A stretch of DNA of 61,496 bases from the NCBI GenBank assembly GCA_001724265.1, contig MEDY01000161.1, positions 62,001 through 123,496 of the forward strand, given 5' to 3'. A program made the position numbers and the translations under genes. This document shows positions 35,699 to 47,123 of the stretch, piece after piece. The notes below the pieces were generated by a model. It saw nothing but the letters and a program-made list of their open reading frames with translations. It was not told where the DNA came from and made no database searches. Source of the stretch: Rhizaria sp. SCN 62-66 (taxonomy: Eukaryota). Position 1 is the first letter of the stretch, and the number at the start of each line of letters is the position of its first letter.

Positions 35699-38080
35699 AT
35701 GCTTCCCATTCCCGCCGGCTCCGGCCGCTCGTCAGAGGCGAGCAAGAAGCCCAACGCCTTGGCGCAGATCACCGGCATTCTCACCATCATGCTCGTGATG
35801 ACAGGCGCTGCCTTCGTCATCATCAACGGCGGTCTCTCTGCTTCTACCACACCTGCGCTCGCCACTGCTCCTGAAACTGTCGCGTTCGCCTCTGCCGCCT
35901 CTAGCGTGTCTGCCGCGTCCGCTGCTGCCGGCCTCGCACCCGCCTTTGCGCCCGCCGCGTCGGCCTCGGCACTCGCGCCCCGCGGCGTTGGTTTCGCGAC
36001 CGCGGCTGTGGCCGAGAGCACCACTGTCTCGGTGTCCTTCTCCGAGCTCTTCCTCTCGTGGTGGGACGGTGTCCGTCGCCTGCAGCCGGGCTCCGCCGCC
36101 ACCGCGCTCACCAAGGGCGACTACGCCAGCCAGATCTACTCCGCGCCCGTCGCTTCCGTCCATGCGGCTAAAGCGGATTCCTCGAGAGCTGTTGACACTT
36201 CTGCTGCCGCTGCCGCTGCCGCTGCCGTTGCTTCGACTCCTGCCCCGTCAGGCCCGGTCGTCATCACGTCGGCAGCCGGCTCTGGCCCCGTGGCGGCGCC
36301 TTGGGTGCCGGTGCCGCCCTCTCTGCCGCCGCGCTCTGATCTGCTGTCGAACCAGGTCGCACGCCTGGGCGTCCCCGAGACCTACACTTACCGCACCGAC
36401 TTCACACCGCCCGCGAACCTGACCATGTTCCCGCTGCCCGCCGGCTGGACGCAGCCGCGCGCGCGCGCCGACCCCTTCCCCAAGTGGTTTGCCCCGGCCC
36501 CCGCGCCGCGCGCGCTGCCCGCTGCGGGCTCGGCCGGCGCCTACGGCGTCACCTCCGCGGCCCCGGGCGCCGCGGCCGCGCGCGTCTTCGCGCCGCTGGC
36601 CGTGGCGCCCGCGCCTGCGGACCCGTCGGCGGCAGAGCGGCGCGCGGCCGTGGTGGCCGAGGCCAAGTTCGCGTGGGAATCGTACGCCGCCAAGTGCTTC
36701 GGCAAGGACGAGCTGATCCCCACCACGGGCGGCTGCAAGGACTGGATGGGTGCAGCTCTCCAGATCATCGACGCGCTCTCGACGCTCCACCTCATGGGGC
36801 TGCACGCCGAGTTCAAGGCCGGCCGCGACTGGGTGGCGGCTAACCTGCGCTTCGACCGCTACACGCCGCAGGTGTCGTTCTTCGAGACGACGATCCGCAT
36901 TGTCGGCGGGCTGCTGTCGGCCTACGACATGACCGGCGACGTCATGTTCCTCGACAAGTGCGTCGACATCGGCTACCGGCTCACGGCCGCGTGGAACATC
37001 CCCGGGCTGCCGATGCCCAAGGCGCTAGTGTCGCTCATCAATGGCGCGACGTCGCAGCACTCGTGGTCACCGTCTCTGATCCTCTCCGAGATCGGCACCG
37101 TGCAGATGGAGTACTTCACGCTCACGGCGCTGACCGGCGACAACAGCTTCCACTCGCTCGCCGACGCCGTCTTCACCGAGCTGCGCAAGTCCGCGCCGCC
37201 TACGCCCGGATTATACCCGCTCAACGTTCGCGCGTCGGCGCCGATGTCGTACCAAGGCAACCGCGTGACGCTGGGCGGTCTCTCGGATTCGTTCTACGAG
37301 TACCTGCTCAAGATGTGGGTGCTCACGGGCCGCACGCAGGACAAGTACCGCGACATGTACGTCGAGTCGGCCGACGCGCTGATCAAGCATCTGTACATGG
37401 AGGCTGGCGGCGTGGGCTTTGTGACTGAACACCCGCCGCGCGGCGCCGGCGACCGCGAGTCGATGGAGCACCTGGCCTGCTTTGCGGGCGGCATGTTCGC
37501 CTACGGCGTGCACACGAACGCCGTGACGGATCCCGCGATGCGCGCGCGCCACATGCACGCCGCGCGCAAGATCACCGAGGGCTGCGTGCTGTCATACCTG
37601 GCGACGGAGACGGGCGTGGGCGCGGAGAACTTCTTCGTGAGCAACACCTCCGGCATCTCGACGCGCGACGGCCAGTACCACCTGCGGCCCGAGACGGTCG
37701 AGTCCGTCTTCTACCTCTGGCGCGTGACCAAGGAGCAGAAGTACCGCGACTGGGGCTACCGCATCTTTGAGGCGGTCAAGCGTAGCTGCCGCATCGAAGG
37801 CGGCTACGTCGGCCTCAGCTCTGTAGACCGCAACACCAAGGGCAACGCCATGGAGACCTTCCTGCTCGCTGAGACGTTTAAGTACCTGTTTCTGCTCTTC
37901 TCCGACGACGCCGCGCTGGACATCGACACCTGGGTACTCAACACTGAGGCGCATCCCGTGCGCGCGCGGCCCTGGGTCCAGTCCGAGGACCCCGCGCCGC
38001 ACATGGCCGCCGTCGCCGCGCGCCACGGCAACGCCAAGTACGTCGGCCCGCACCAGTTCACCTTCTCGCCCCTTCCCTGA
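35699..38080 (+). CDS. Class I alpha-1,2-mannosidase (GH47), type II membrane protein, ~793 aa
   Basis: N-terminal TM anchor and Ala/Pro-rich stem. Motifs IIDALSTL, SFFETTIRIVGGLLSAY, DSFYEYLLK, MEHLACF, YHLRPETVES, LAETFKYL, NTEAHP. Confidence 0.95.
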   Translation: MLPIPAGSGRSSEASKKPNALAQITGILTIMLVMTGAAFVIINGGLSASTTPALATAPETVAFASAASSVSAASAAAGLAPAFAPAASASALAPRGVGFATAAVAESTTVSVSFSELFLSWWDGVRRLQPGSAATALTKGDYASQIYSAPVASVHAAKADSSRAVDTSAAAAAAAAVASTPAPSGPVVITSAAGSGPVAAPWVPVPPSLPPRSDLLSNQVARLGVPETYTYRTDFTPPANLTMFPLPAGWTQPRARADPFPKWFAPAPAPRALPAAGSAGAYGVTSAAPGAAAARVFAPLAVAPAPADPSAAERRAAVVAEAKFAWESYAAKCFGKDELIPTTGGCKDWMGAALQIIDALSTLHLMGLHAEFKAGRDWVAANLRFDRYTPQVSFFETTIRIVGGLLSAYDMTGDVMFLDKCVDIGYRLTAAWNIPGLPMPKALVSLINGATSQHSWSPSLILSEIGTVQMEYFTLTALTGDNSFHSLADAVFTELRKSAPPTPGLYPLNVRASAPMSYQGNRVTLGGLSDSFYEYLLKMWVLTGRTQDKYRDMYVESADALIKHLYMEAGGVGFVTEHPPRGAGDRESMEHLACFAGGMFAYGVHTNAVTDPAMRARHMHAARKITEGCVLSYLATETGVGAENFFVSNTSGISTRDGQYHLRPETVESVFYLWRVTKEQKYRDWGYRIFEAVKRSCRIEGGYVGLSSVDRNTKGNAMETFLLAETFKYLFLLFSDDAALDIDTWVLNTEAHPVRARPWVQSEDPAPHMAAVAARHGNAKYVGPHQFTFSPLP

Positions 38081-39017
38081 GCGGGCGGCGCGGCGGGCGC
38101 GCGGTGAGCCACCGGTGGGCGTGCAGTCGCAGTGACTGGCTGAGTACTGGAGAGCAACTGAACTGTTAGGTTGAGAATAGTTCCATTTTAGTTCTATGCT
38201 TGTAGATATGAATTTCGGTTTGTTATTCTATATCGTACTACTTAATGTATATTGATCGAGTTCTATTTTATGTAGGTATTGTTTTTGTCCGAGGTGTGTG
38301 TACTTATGAAGTCCGTGTACGTTTGTGCGTAACTGTGTCTATGCTGTGTCTTGCGTGATGTGGTGAGCTGATGGGCTTACTATCACAGTCTTCCAGTCAC
38401 ATCCATTAGACACGCACAGTCACGTACAGACACATCACCACGCCAAGGCTGTTGTATTTACTTCCAGTTGTCTAAACTGTTTTCTGTTCTGTGGTGCAAA
38501 AGCGCAGGGCCAACAATGCCCATCTGTTACTGTCAACACCCTTTTTCGTTATCCCCATTCCTGAATTGTCACATTTTTTGTTACTCGACACGACAGCATC
38601 TGTGAAAGGAATCCCAACAAAATTGCAGCTCGTCTCTGTACGACGGACGGACTGTGCGCGACTTGTTTGTGCTGGGGTCGCTTTTGTTGTCGTGATTTGC
38701 GTTTTTCAACGATCGAGCTCTATTGCGAGCGCTCTCGGAGCGCAGTGTGCTCAGCTACTGTGGAAAAAAATACACATATATATGTTTCATTCAAGCCATA
38801 ATAGTTGTCATATCGGAAACACGATTTATTATTTCACGATCATAATGTAAAAATGATAGGAAACATGCATAATTCTTGCTTTACCTCAGACGTTTTTTTT
38901 TCGGTACTCCAGCCTCGGTTCGCTGCTGCGGAGGGCCGATCGACCGAGCGAGAAGAGGTGCGTCACGGCTGGGTGCCGATTGTGAAGAGTTTGATCATAC
39001 AGACATATTCAGAAAGA

Positions 39018-39924
39018 ATGAGGTACGTAAATAAGAAAAGAAAACTAACTTTTACTCTAGATATGCTGAATATTTTCTCTTCTGACGGTCAAACCAGTGT
39101 GTATTTTCTGTTGTCCGCCGCCGTTCTCACGCTTCCCCTTTGCTGTCCGTCCCACGCGCGCTCTCGCTGTTTCACCCTCCTACCCGCCCTTTAGTGCGGA
39201 GCAGCCTAAGACCCCGGGCACTGTGAACCAGTCCTACATGCGCCGCCGCCGCGAGCACACTCCACGCCCCGTGGAGGAGCGCAAGGCGGAGCGCATGGCC
39301 AAGAAGGTCGTCGTCAAGAAGGAAAAGTTCGTCCGCGCCGAGCGCATCGTGGCCAAGAGCCGCTTCGCGCTGGGCTCCGAGCTCCGCATCAAGCGTCACC
39401 GCAACGCGCCTAAGGCGCCCGTGGCGCCCGAGGGCACGCCTGTGCTTGTGGCCGTGCGCGTGCCCAGCCGCTACGGGCTCTCGCCCAAGGTGCAGGTGAT
39501 CCTCAACAAGCTCGGCCTGCGCACCGAGAACATGCTATCCTTCATCCCGCTGACGCCGCTCAACACGGCGATGATGCAGATCGTCGACCAGCACATCACC
39601 TGGGGCGTTCCCACGCACCGCATGCTCTCGGACCTCATCACCAAGCGCGGCTTCGCCAAGGTCAACGGCGGCCGCGTCGCGCTGAGCAACAACACCATGA
39701 TCGAGGCCGCGCTGGGCCAGTTCGGTGTCATCTGCCTCGAGGACATTGTGCACGAGATCTTCACCGCGGGCCCCAACATGGCGCGCGTCGTGTCGTACCT
39801 CTGGCCTTTCCGCCTCAACTCGCCCCCCGGCGGCTGGAAGGAGGTCCGCACCTCCTACGCTAAGGGCGGCGCGCTGGGCGACCGTAAGGGCGACATCAAC
39901 AAGCTCATCCGCTCCATGTGCTAA
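39018..39924 (+). CDS. RLP7: uL30-family ribosome biogenesis protein RLP7/RPL7L1-like, ~244 aa; exons 39018-39022, 39195-39924
   Basis: ITWGVP, LITKRG, LSNNTMIEAALG..GVICLEDIVHEI, LWPFRL, G.R..DINKLI (uL30 core). KFVRAERIVAK resembles Rlp7 more than cytosolic RPL7. Ends in TAA. Confidence 0.8.
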
Positions 39925-40582
39925 GCGCACAGCGTCAATCATAGCAAAAAAACAGCATATACTAGTAGCAGTTGCACATGCGAGACCAAGTGAGCACCAC
40001 AGTCGATCTGCGTGCGCGGCTGCAACATTATTACACCAAACCAATGCACTTTGGCGCTCACACTGGGCTCGCTGCTGCCTGTGATTTCCTTGCGACGCAT
40101 CCGTTTTTTTGACGAGCTATGTCTAATCTAAGCAAGCGGTCAATCTTGTTCGCTCTCGACTTACGAGTGATACGAACAGGTTGACGAGGAGGATAAGGCT
40201 GTCAGAGACTTGAGACAGTGTCATGGCCAGGGTTACAACACACAGAAGCCGGAGTGTGAGCGACAGAGATGCATTACTACGTTAGTATTCTCAATATTTC
40301 TTCATAATTGTCCACAACAAACAAACACAACAAATTATACGACAGAACTGAAAGGGCAGGACTGGCAACACAGTCGAGAGGGCTGCTTTTTCATTGCTAC
40401 CGATAGATAATGAACAATACACCTCTACAATTATTTTAATCAATACCAGTCATTAACTATTCATTTTGTATTTCCTCTTTTTGGCATGCTCGTGTGCCCC
40501 AGATTATGAAGGTAATCTGGCCCGTAAGTCGGACACTCGAGGTTGTTCTCTTTCGGCCGTAACGTTACACACTCGCGCTGAC

Positions 40583-41077
40583 TCATTGGGCCTGCTTCTC
40601 GCCCTCGCCCCCCGCGGCCGCAACAGGCTCCTCCGCGACGCTCTCGCGCAGCCAGCGCAGGTAGGGCGCGGAGCCGGCCTCGACGGGCAGCGCGATGAAC
40701 TCGGGGACCTGCGCCGGATGCACGCTCTTGACCGCGGCATACAACGCCTCGAGCCGCGTGCGCGTGGTCTTGATCATCAGCAGGCTCTCAGGGTCCTCTT
40801 CCACCGCGCCCTCCCAGCGGTACACCGAGGTGAGCCCCGGAAGCACGTTGACGCACGCGGCGAGGCGCGCAGTGACGACATGGCGCGCGATCGCTGGAGC
40901 CGCCGCGGGAGGCGCCGTCACATACACCACCACGGAGGGCGCGTCAGGGGCCACGACGCTCGGCGTGGCGGTAGACATGGAACGCAAAAAGACGGGGGTA
41001 AGTGTAGCAAGGCGCGACTAGGTGGTTTTGACGAGAGAGCGAGACAATGCGACTGAACGGCGAGACAACTGAAGCAT
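40583..41077 (-). CDS. CUTA: CutA1 divalent-cation tolerance protein with a predicted mitochondrial presequence containing an in-frame TAG (41018-41020), ~164 aa
   Basis: Core VVYVTAP..LAACVNVLPGLTSVYRWEG..E.LLMIKT..VKSVHP..VPE.IALP..YL.WL. In-frame upstream ATG at 41077 gives MLQLSRRSVALSRSLVKTT*SRLATLTPVFLRSMST. Under the standard code the start would be 40978. Confidence 0.9.
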
Positions 41078-41788
41078 GCACGAGCTTCTCGCGTTGAATC
41101 AAGCTGCATATTCCAAGGAAGACAAAGACAAATGAAGATGTCGTGAGATCAAACGGTTTATACAAAGTCTATATAACACATATCTCAGTATTCCATCTTG
41201 GGGTACCGAAATGGGTACACAAAGCGACTTGAATGTTCGAAAGTCGACATTGAATCTTCTCGCCTGAACCAAGACTAACAGAGCGTCTTGCACCACAAGA
41301 TCGAGTCATCAAGAGTAACAATAAGAGATTCGGATTGTTACATGAAAAATGTATGCTGAGATAGACGTATACAGCTACTGACGACCAGGATGGTATAGAT
41401 ATCGAGGTAAACATTAAGATAGACTTCTGTTCAAATGGCCTTTTGCACGCTGGGTTCGCGAAAAAGAGGATTGAAACGGACGGCTTGTGTTGTGGCAGTC
41501 AAAATCTGACCGACTGGAAGGCTCGACCCATTCCCCTCTCACGTGGGGGAAAACGAATTTGTTAGGATGAGCACAGATCTGTGGGTGATTTGGATTGATC
41601 GAAATTGATTCTTAAGTGTAGAGACAAATTAAATATGCTCTATTTAATGGAAAGCGCTTGCAGCGGATATTCATGTCGGATTCGATGTCGTGACACAACG
41701 ACTCTTTGCAAAGCACGTGCAAATCTTACACTGACTTTTCTTTTGTTTCACTTGAACCCGCTTTTGCTCGCAGTTTACCGCAGTTACA

Positions 41789-42511
41789 ATGGCTTCCATG
41801 GCATTCAAGGGTCGCTCTTGGGTCAAGAACGTTATTTCCGACCCTGGCGTACGTATCTACCCTACTATCCATGCATTTTTACATCATTTCCTCCTTGCCC
41901 CATCATGCCTAGTCCCCCTTGCTTCTCCATGTTAATATCATCTTAGCGCTGTTTGCGCACCACAGTTTGCAATTAAATTTCAAAAATCACTAGACTTAAT
42001 TAATTATCACCTTTTTGTCTGCTTTATTTTCATTTTTTCCATCATTTAACACGCACAATGCATGCTCTTCTTGCTTACTTCTGTTCCCACTCCTTGAATC
42101 TTCATACTCGTCTCACCACAGAACTACCCTCTCCTGGCTGCCAACTTCGTCGGCCTGACCATGCTCGTCGTCTTCGGCTCCCGCAAGATCTTCACCCACC
42201 CTGACAGCCGCGTGTCGATTGAGGAGCGCTCCATCTCGGACGTGACCCCGACCCGCGCTGAGGACGCCCAGACCTTCCGTAAGCACTCCGGCTTCTTCGG
42301 CACCGCGCTCGCGCCCCTGGCCGACGCGCTGCACTCGATCACGCTCTCGGGCCGCGGTCGCCGCGACGACTTCTGGCACAAGGCCAAGCTCAACACCCCC
42401 GTGCCCACTCCTCTGGAGCACACCAACTACTTCGAGGACGGCCTCTTCAAGGGCGCGCAGCCCGCCGTGACCCCCACCGGCGTCATGCACGCCAAGGACG
42501 ACACTGACTAA
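41789..42511 (+). CDS. NDUFA4: NDUFA4/B12D-family mitochondrial inner-membrane protein, ~149 aa; exons 41789-41848, 42122-42511
   Basis: The spliced sequence WVKNVISDPG/NYPLLAANFVGLTMLVVFGSRKIFTHPDSRV matches the family pattern DP..YPL-TM-R....PDV. Ends in TAA. Confidence 0.75.
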
Positions 42512-43290
42512 GTAATTTACACGTTTCGGAGAAAAAAGAAACAAAAAGAAATAACAACATACCAGTTCGATGGCGCACATTGTGGTCGCCATGGACTTGA
42601 ATTAGATAGATTACCTTAGCCAACCCCCCTAAAACCAAACTTATTCACTACTTAAAGTGATGTGACTTAAAGAAAACTCGTAACAATAGACAACTCTATT
42701 TTATTACTCCATTTATTCCTTTGTATTAGAGTCTGTTGTATTATGACTTGCTTATTATGCCACAGTAACAACACAATAAAGATAAATATAACTTTTCCGA
42801 TTATAAGCTTTGTTTTTACATCCTAAAATAACAACCTGACGTTGGCCATTCGCGTTGATCTTGAATAAACAACATCAGTACCGCACTAGTTGCCGAATTG
42901 ATAGCTGCGCATATAAAACACAGCATTAACACAACGACAGCGCGGCTTTTACTCCCCAGTCCAACAAGCCGCACGCGCACCGTTCCCCGTTATGGACTGT
43001 GATATGAGAGTGACCATACCGCCACCGACAGCATCAGCGTGGAGCACACGATCGCACAAACAGTCAAAAACGGGCAAAAACAGACCGCATACACGTCGGC
43101 ATATTCTCTCCTCCCAACTCCACCAAGCACCCCGTCTTATTAGCGCGCACTGTTCTCTTGCGAAATGCACTGACACAAAGAGACACAGTACTGCCTCACG
43201 CGAGAGCGCAAGCAACCAATCAGCGGTTACTGCAAGCACTGCAAACCTTTCGTTCACCTGTCCTGCGTTGGCCTTACGCGCGCTGCACGC

Positions 43291-44114
43291 TTACGCGGTG
43301 GCGCGGAACTTCTTGTTCGAGGTGACGAACGAGACGTTGGCGGGCGTCTCGGGCGCGGTCTCGCCGCGGAGCGACTTGCGGTACGCGATGCGCGAGTAGA
43401 TCTCGTCAACGATGTCGTTGGTGTCGGCGATGGTGGACAGACGCGCAGAGCCCAACTCAAGCTTCATCTCGCTCAGCACGGCGTCGATGACGCGGAACTT
43501 AAGGTTGAGGTCGGCGCCGAATGCCAGGGGGGCATCCTCGCTCACCGCGGGGAAAGCGCCTGCGGTGACGGGCACGGGCGCAAAGAGAGCCTCCATCGCG
43601 GCGCGCTGCTCGGTTGCGGCGGCGAGGTCGGCCTTGGCAGCCTCGAAGCGACGGCGGCGCTCGCCCTGAGTGCGGGAAGGGCGGCGGTAGTTGTTGGCGC
43701 GGCCGACGTACAAGGGAACGCGCGGGGACGCGGGCGCAGGAGCGTTGGCCGCGGAGGTCGCGACGCGGAACACAGTCTCGGCAACCTCCTCACGGGTCAT
43801 ATCCGGGAGGGGCGCGGTGGTGATCTTGACGCGGGGGAACGCGGTGGTGCGGGGCGCGGCGGTGGACTCTGTGGACCATGTGGAGAAGGAAAAAAAAGTG
43901 GTTTGCAGGAGCGTCATACAGTGAAGGACGAAGGAGAATAGCAAGGTGAGAAGGTGTCGTAAAAGGATAAGGTAGTGAAGTATATGATATTGAAGCATCA
44001 TGTGCTATGCAGCTGAGTTGACGTACCAAAGGCCTTAACAATGTTGACGACACCACTGGTGCGAGCGAACGCAACCTGGCGAAGGCCACGGGCTGCCTGG
44101 TTCCAAGACTGCAT
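43291..44114 (-). CDS. MRPL50: Mitochondrial ribosomal protein mL50-like, ~221 aa; exons 44114-44027, 43868-43291
   Basis: DLNLKFRVID..LELGSARLSTIADTNDIV..TPANVSF resembles the mL50 C-terminal domain. Presequence-like exon 1; GTACGT..CAG intron. Ends in TAA. Confidence 0.6.
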
Positions 44115-44522
44115 TAGTCTCCCCGAAAACCTATTGACAAAAGAAAAACAAGAGCAAAAAAAGATGAGCACGCAGTCTTATGCTATTCACACAGTGCTAA
44201 GGTCGTTTATGCCTACTCTCTTTAACGTCCTCACCAGCCGACTGACTGAGCAGCCCACTGACCGTGGGAGCAAGTCCGCCGTCGCCCACAGTCGCCATGT
44301 GGCGGTTGGCTTGATTGGCAACTGCACTCGAAGACGAGCTAAATTCAAGTCCAAACCATGCATGATAATTGTCCATAGGGTTAACGAAAAATAGGGTTAT
44401 ACATAAAGTAGTGAAAAAGCGGATTCCAATATTGTTTTTGTATTATAGACATATATATATCCAGTTAACGGCCCTTTCATGGGGTCCGAGTGCAAAGCAG
44501 GCGAAGTGTTTGTTCTTCCACT

Positions 44523-47123
44523 TCACTTCATGTCGAGCAGACGCTTGAACCAGTGCTGGTACTTGGGGTTGTCCTCCATGAGGCGCATAAGACCGATGCG
44601 GACCTTGCTGGCGACTTCCTCCTGCTTGCTGAGCTCGCCCGTGAGCTTCTCCTTGTCGACATTGACGCGGAGCTTGTTGCTCGCGGCGTCCTCGAACATC
44701 TTGCACTTCTTCTGCGCGACGAGGATGCTCTCCAGGTTCATCTGCTTCACAAAGAAAGCGTCGTCCAGCGCCGTGCGCAGCGTCGCGCGCGCGTCCTCGG
44801 CCTTGGTGTAGATGTCCTGCTGGCGGTGCAGCTCCTCGAGCAGGATTCCCGCCTGCTCCTCCTGGCGCGCGATCTCCAGCTCCACCTGCCGCGTCTCCTT
44901 GAGCTGCGCCTCAAGCTGGCCTTTGAGCGTCTGCGCCGCCTTGCGGATGCCCATTTGCGTCGCCTTCTCGGGGTCCTTGGCCTTGCCGGTGATGAGGTTG
45001 AGCGAGTTAAGCTGAATCGTCTCGCGCTTCGTGATGGCCAGCTCCATCTCCTGGATCATCTTCTCCTGCTGCCGCTGCAGCTGACCCAGCCGCAGCTTCA
45101 TGCGGTGGATCTCCTTCTTCATGCCCTGGATCTCTGGCTGCCCGTACTCGGGGTTCAGCGCCTCCTGCGTCTCGCGCGCGAGCTGGATCTTCTTCTCCCA
45201 GACCAGGATCTCCTTCTCGGCCTCGACGATCTGGTTCAGCACCTCATCCTTCTCCGCGCGCAGCTTCGCCACGGAGCCCTCGAGGTTGACGCTATCCAGC
45301 TCCAGGTCGCGCAGCCGCGCCCCAAATTCGCCCTCGGCGGTAAAGATGGCATTGCCGACGGTCGACTCCTGTGCGCAGTACTTGCTGATGAGCTCGTTGA
45401 CTTTGCGCATCGACGTGTGCAGGTGCCGCACTGCGCGCTGCAGGTCGCGCACGTCTTCGGTCTCGGCCTCGAGGCCCTGCCGCAGCCGCAGCCGCTTCTG
45501 CTGCAGCACGGTGTGGCGCGCGTCGAGCTCGCGCAGCGTGCCGCGCTCCTCCTCGGTGTCCTGGATCACGGCCACCAGCTCCGTCTGCGCCTTGACCCAC
45601 TGCTTCTGCTTCTCGCCGCTCTCACGTTCCAGACCAAGGATCTCCTTGCTCATCGAGTGGATCGTGGCTTCGAGCGGGCCCGTGTGCTCATCCTCGGCGC
45701 CCGCGTTGATCTTCTCCAGCTTCTTGTTGAGCCGCGCGATGTAGACCTGCTTCTTGTCGATCTTGTCATGGCGCTGGCGGATTTCGGCCTCGTACTTCTC
45801 GATCAGCTTGTCCTTGTTCTTAAGCTCTTCGTCGTAGGCCGTCAGCGTCGCGCGCAGCTCCTGGTTGTGCGCCTCGGTGTTGAGGGCGTCGACCTTAATG
45901 CGGGCCACCTCGTTCTCGATCTCGCCGATCTTGTTCTCCTTTTCGTGGATCTCCTTCTTGAGCTTCTGCGTCGCCTTGAACACGTTTTGCGCACTCTTCT
46001 CGATCGTCGTCTGCTTCCCGATGTTCTCCATGATCTGGTCATCCAGCCGCTGTTGCGCCTGCACCTGCTTCTCGTACTTGCTGTGCAGCTGATCGATATC
46101 GGCCTTAAGCTCGCGCTGCGCCGACAGCGCGTTGCGCAGCCGGGCGTCCGTCTCCGACAGCGCCGCGCGCAGCATGGCGTAACGCTCGCTGAGCCCGCGC
46201 CGTGTGGCGTCGAGCTGCTGCATCTGCGCGTCCAGGAAGCGGCACTCGGCCTCGGCGCGCGATACGAGCGCCTGCACTTTGTCGTTCTGCGCGCGCTGCT
46301 CTTCGGTGCGCGCGCGGAAGGCCCGCGCCGTGAGCTCGAGCGTGCGGAGCTTGTCCTGCAGCCCGTGCAGCGTGTCGCGCGCGGCCTGCAGCCCGGCGTC
46401 GCGGTTGCTCATCGCCGTGAGCGACGAGCGCCACTTCTGCATGTACTCGCGCTTCTCGGCCTCAATGAGGTCCAGCTCGGCCTGCGCCTCCTGCAGCGCC
46501 GCGCGCGCCTGCACCGTCTCCTCGCGCTGCGCGTCGGCCTGCGCCGAGTGCACGGCGGCCTGCTTCTGCAGCGTCTTAATCTGCGTCTGCAGCAGCGCGA
46601 TGCGCTCGTCCTGGCGCGCCTTGTCCAGCTCAAGCTTCTGCATGCTCTCCTCGGTGCCGTAGGCCGCGCGGCGCGTCACCATGATGTCAGACGCCAGGTT
46701 CGCGTTGTGCTCCTCGATCTGCCGCAGCATAAGCTTGACCTTGTCCAGCTCCTTCTGCGACTTCTCGCGGCGCGCCACAACGACGTCGCGCTCCTTGGAG
46801 AGCGTCTTGGCAACCTGCTCAGCCTCGGCGACCTGGCGCTCGCAAGCCTCGCGCTCCTGCACCACCGTCGTGAACTCCTCGTGCTTCGCCTCCAGACTCA
46901 TCTGCATCTTCGCCAGCGCCTGCTGGAAATTGTACAGCTCCACACCCTTCTCTTCGCGCTGCGCCTTGACGCGCTCCGCCGCGGCCGTGCGCTCGCGCAG
47001 CTCCAGGGTCACGCGTTCGTCGGCCTTAGTCAGCTGCGTGAACAGCGCGCGTTGGATGCGCTCCATCAGCGGGTGGTTGGGCGGCATCCAGCCGCCGGGC
47101 TCGCCACCTCCTTGATCAGCCAT
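44523..47123 (-). CDS. CCDC40: Axonemal 96-nm ruler protein CCDC40/FAP172, 866 aa, single exon
   Basis: PNHPLMERIQRAL, GVELYNFQQALA, ENE.ARIKVD, GPLEATI, ILVWEKKIQLARE, EIQGMKKEIHRMKLR..QL.RQQEKMIQEME.AITKRE; long coiled coil. Confidence 0.93.
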   Translation of the reverse strand: MADQGGGEPGGWMPPNHPLMERIQRALFTQLTKADERVTLELRERTAAAERVKAQREEKGVELYNFQQALAKMQMSLEAKHEEFTTVVQEREACERQVAEAEQVAKTLSKERDVVVARREKSQKELDKVKLMLRQIEEHNANLASDIMVTRRAAYGTEESMQKLELDKARQDERIALLQTQIKTLQKQAAVHSAQADAQREETVQARAALQEAQAELDLIEAEKREYMQKWRSSLTAMSNRDAGLQAARDTLHGLQDKLRTLELTARAFRARTEEQRAQNDKVQALVSRAEAECRFLDAQMQQLDATRRGLSERYAMLRAALSETDARLRNALSAQRELKADIDQLHSKYEKQVQAQQRLDDQIMENIGKQTTIEKSAQNVFKATQKLKKEIHEKENKIGEIENEVARIKVDALNTEAHNQELRATLTAYDEELKNKDKLIEKYEAEIRQRHDKIDKKQVYIARLNKKLEKINAGAEDEHTGPLEATIHSMSKEILGLERESGEKQKQWVKAQTELVAVIQDTEEERGTLRELDARHTVLQQKRLRLRQGLEAETEDVRDLQRAVRHLHTSMRKVNELISKYCAQESTVGNAIFTAEGEFGARLRDLELDSVNLEGSVAKLRAEKDEVLNQIVEAEKEILVWEKKIQLARETQEALNPEYGQPEIQGMKKEIHRMKLRLGQLQRQQEKMIQEMELAITKRETIQLNSLNLITGKAKDPEKATQMGIRKAAQTLKGQLEAQLKETRQVELEIARQEEQAGILLEELHRQQDIYTKAEDARATLRTALDDAFFVKQMNLESILVAQKKCKMFEDAASNKLRVNVDKEKLTGELSKQEEVASKVRIGLMRLMEDNPKYQHWFKRLLDMK

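Noticed and set aside
38913-38957. Possible extra AG..GT-bounded exon upstream of RLP7
   Set aside because: It cannot be linked to a coding frame, and the implied intron would be far shorter than the others; at most 5' UTR.
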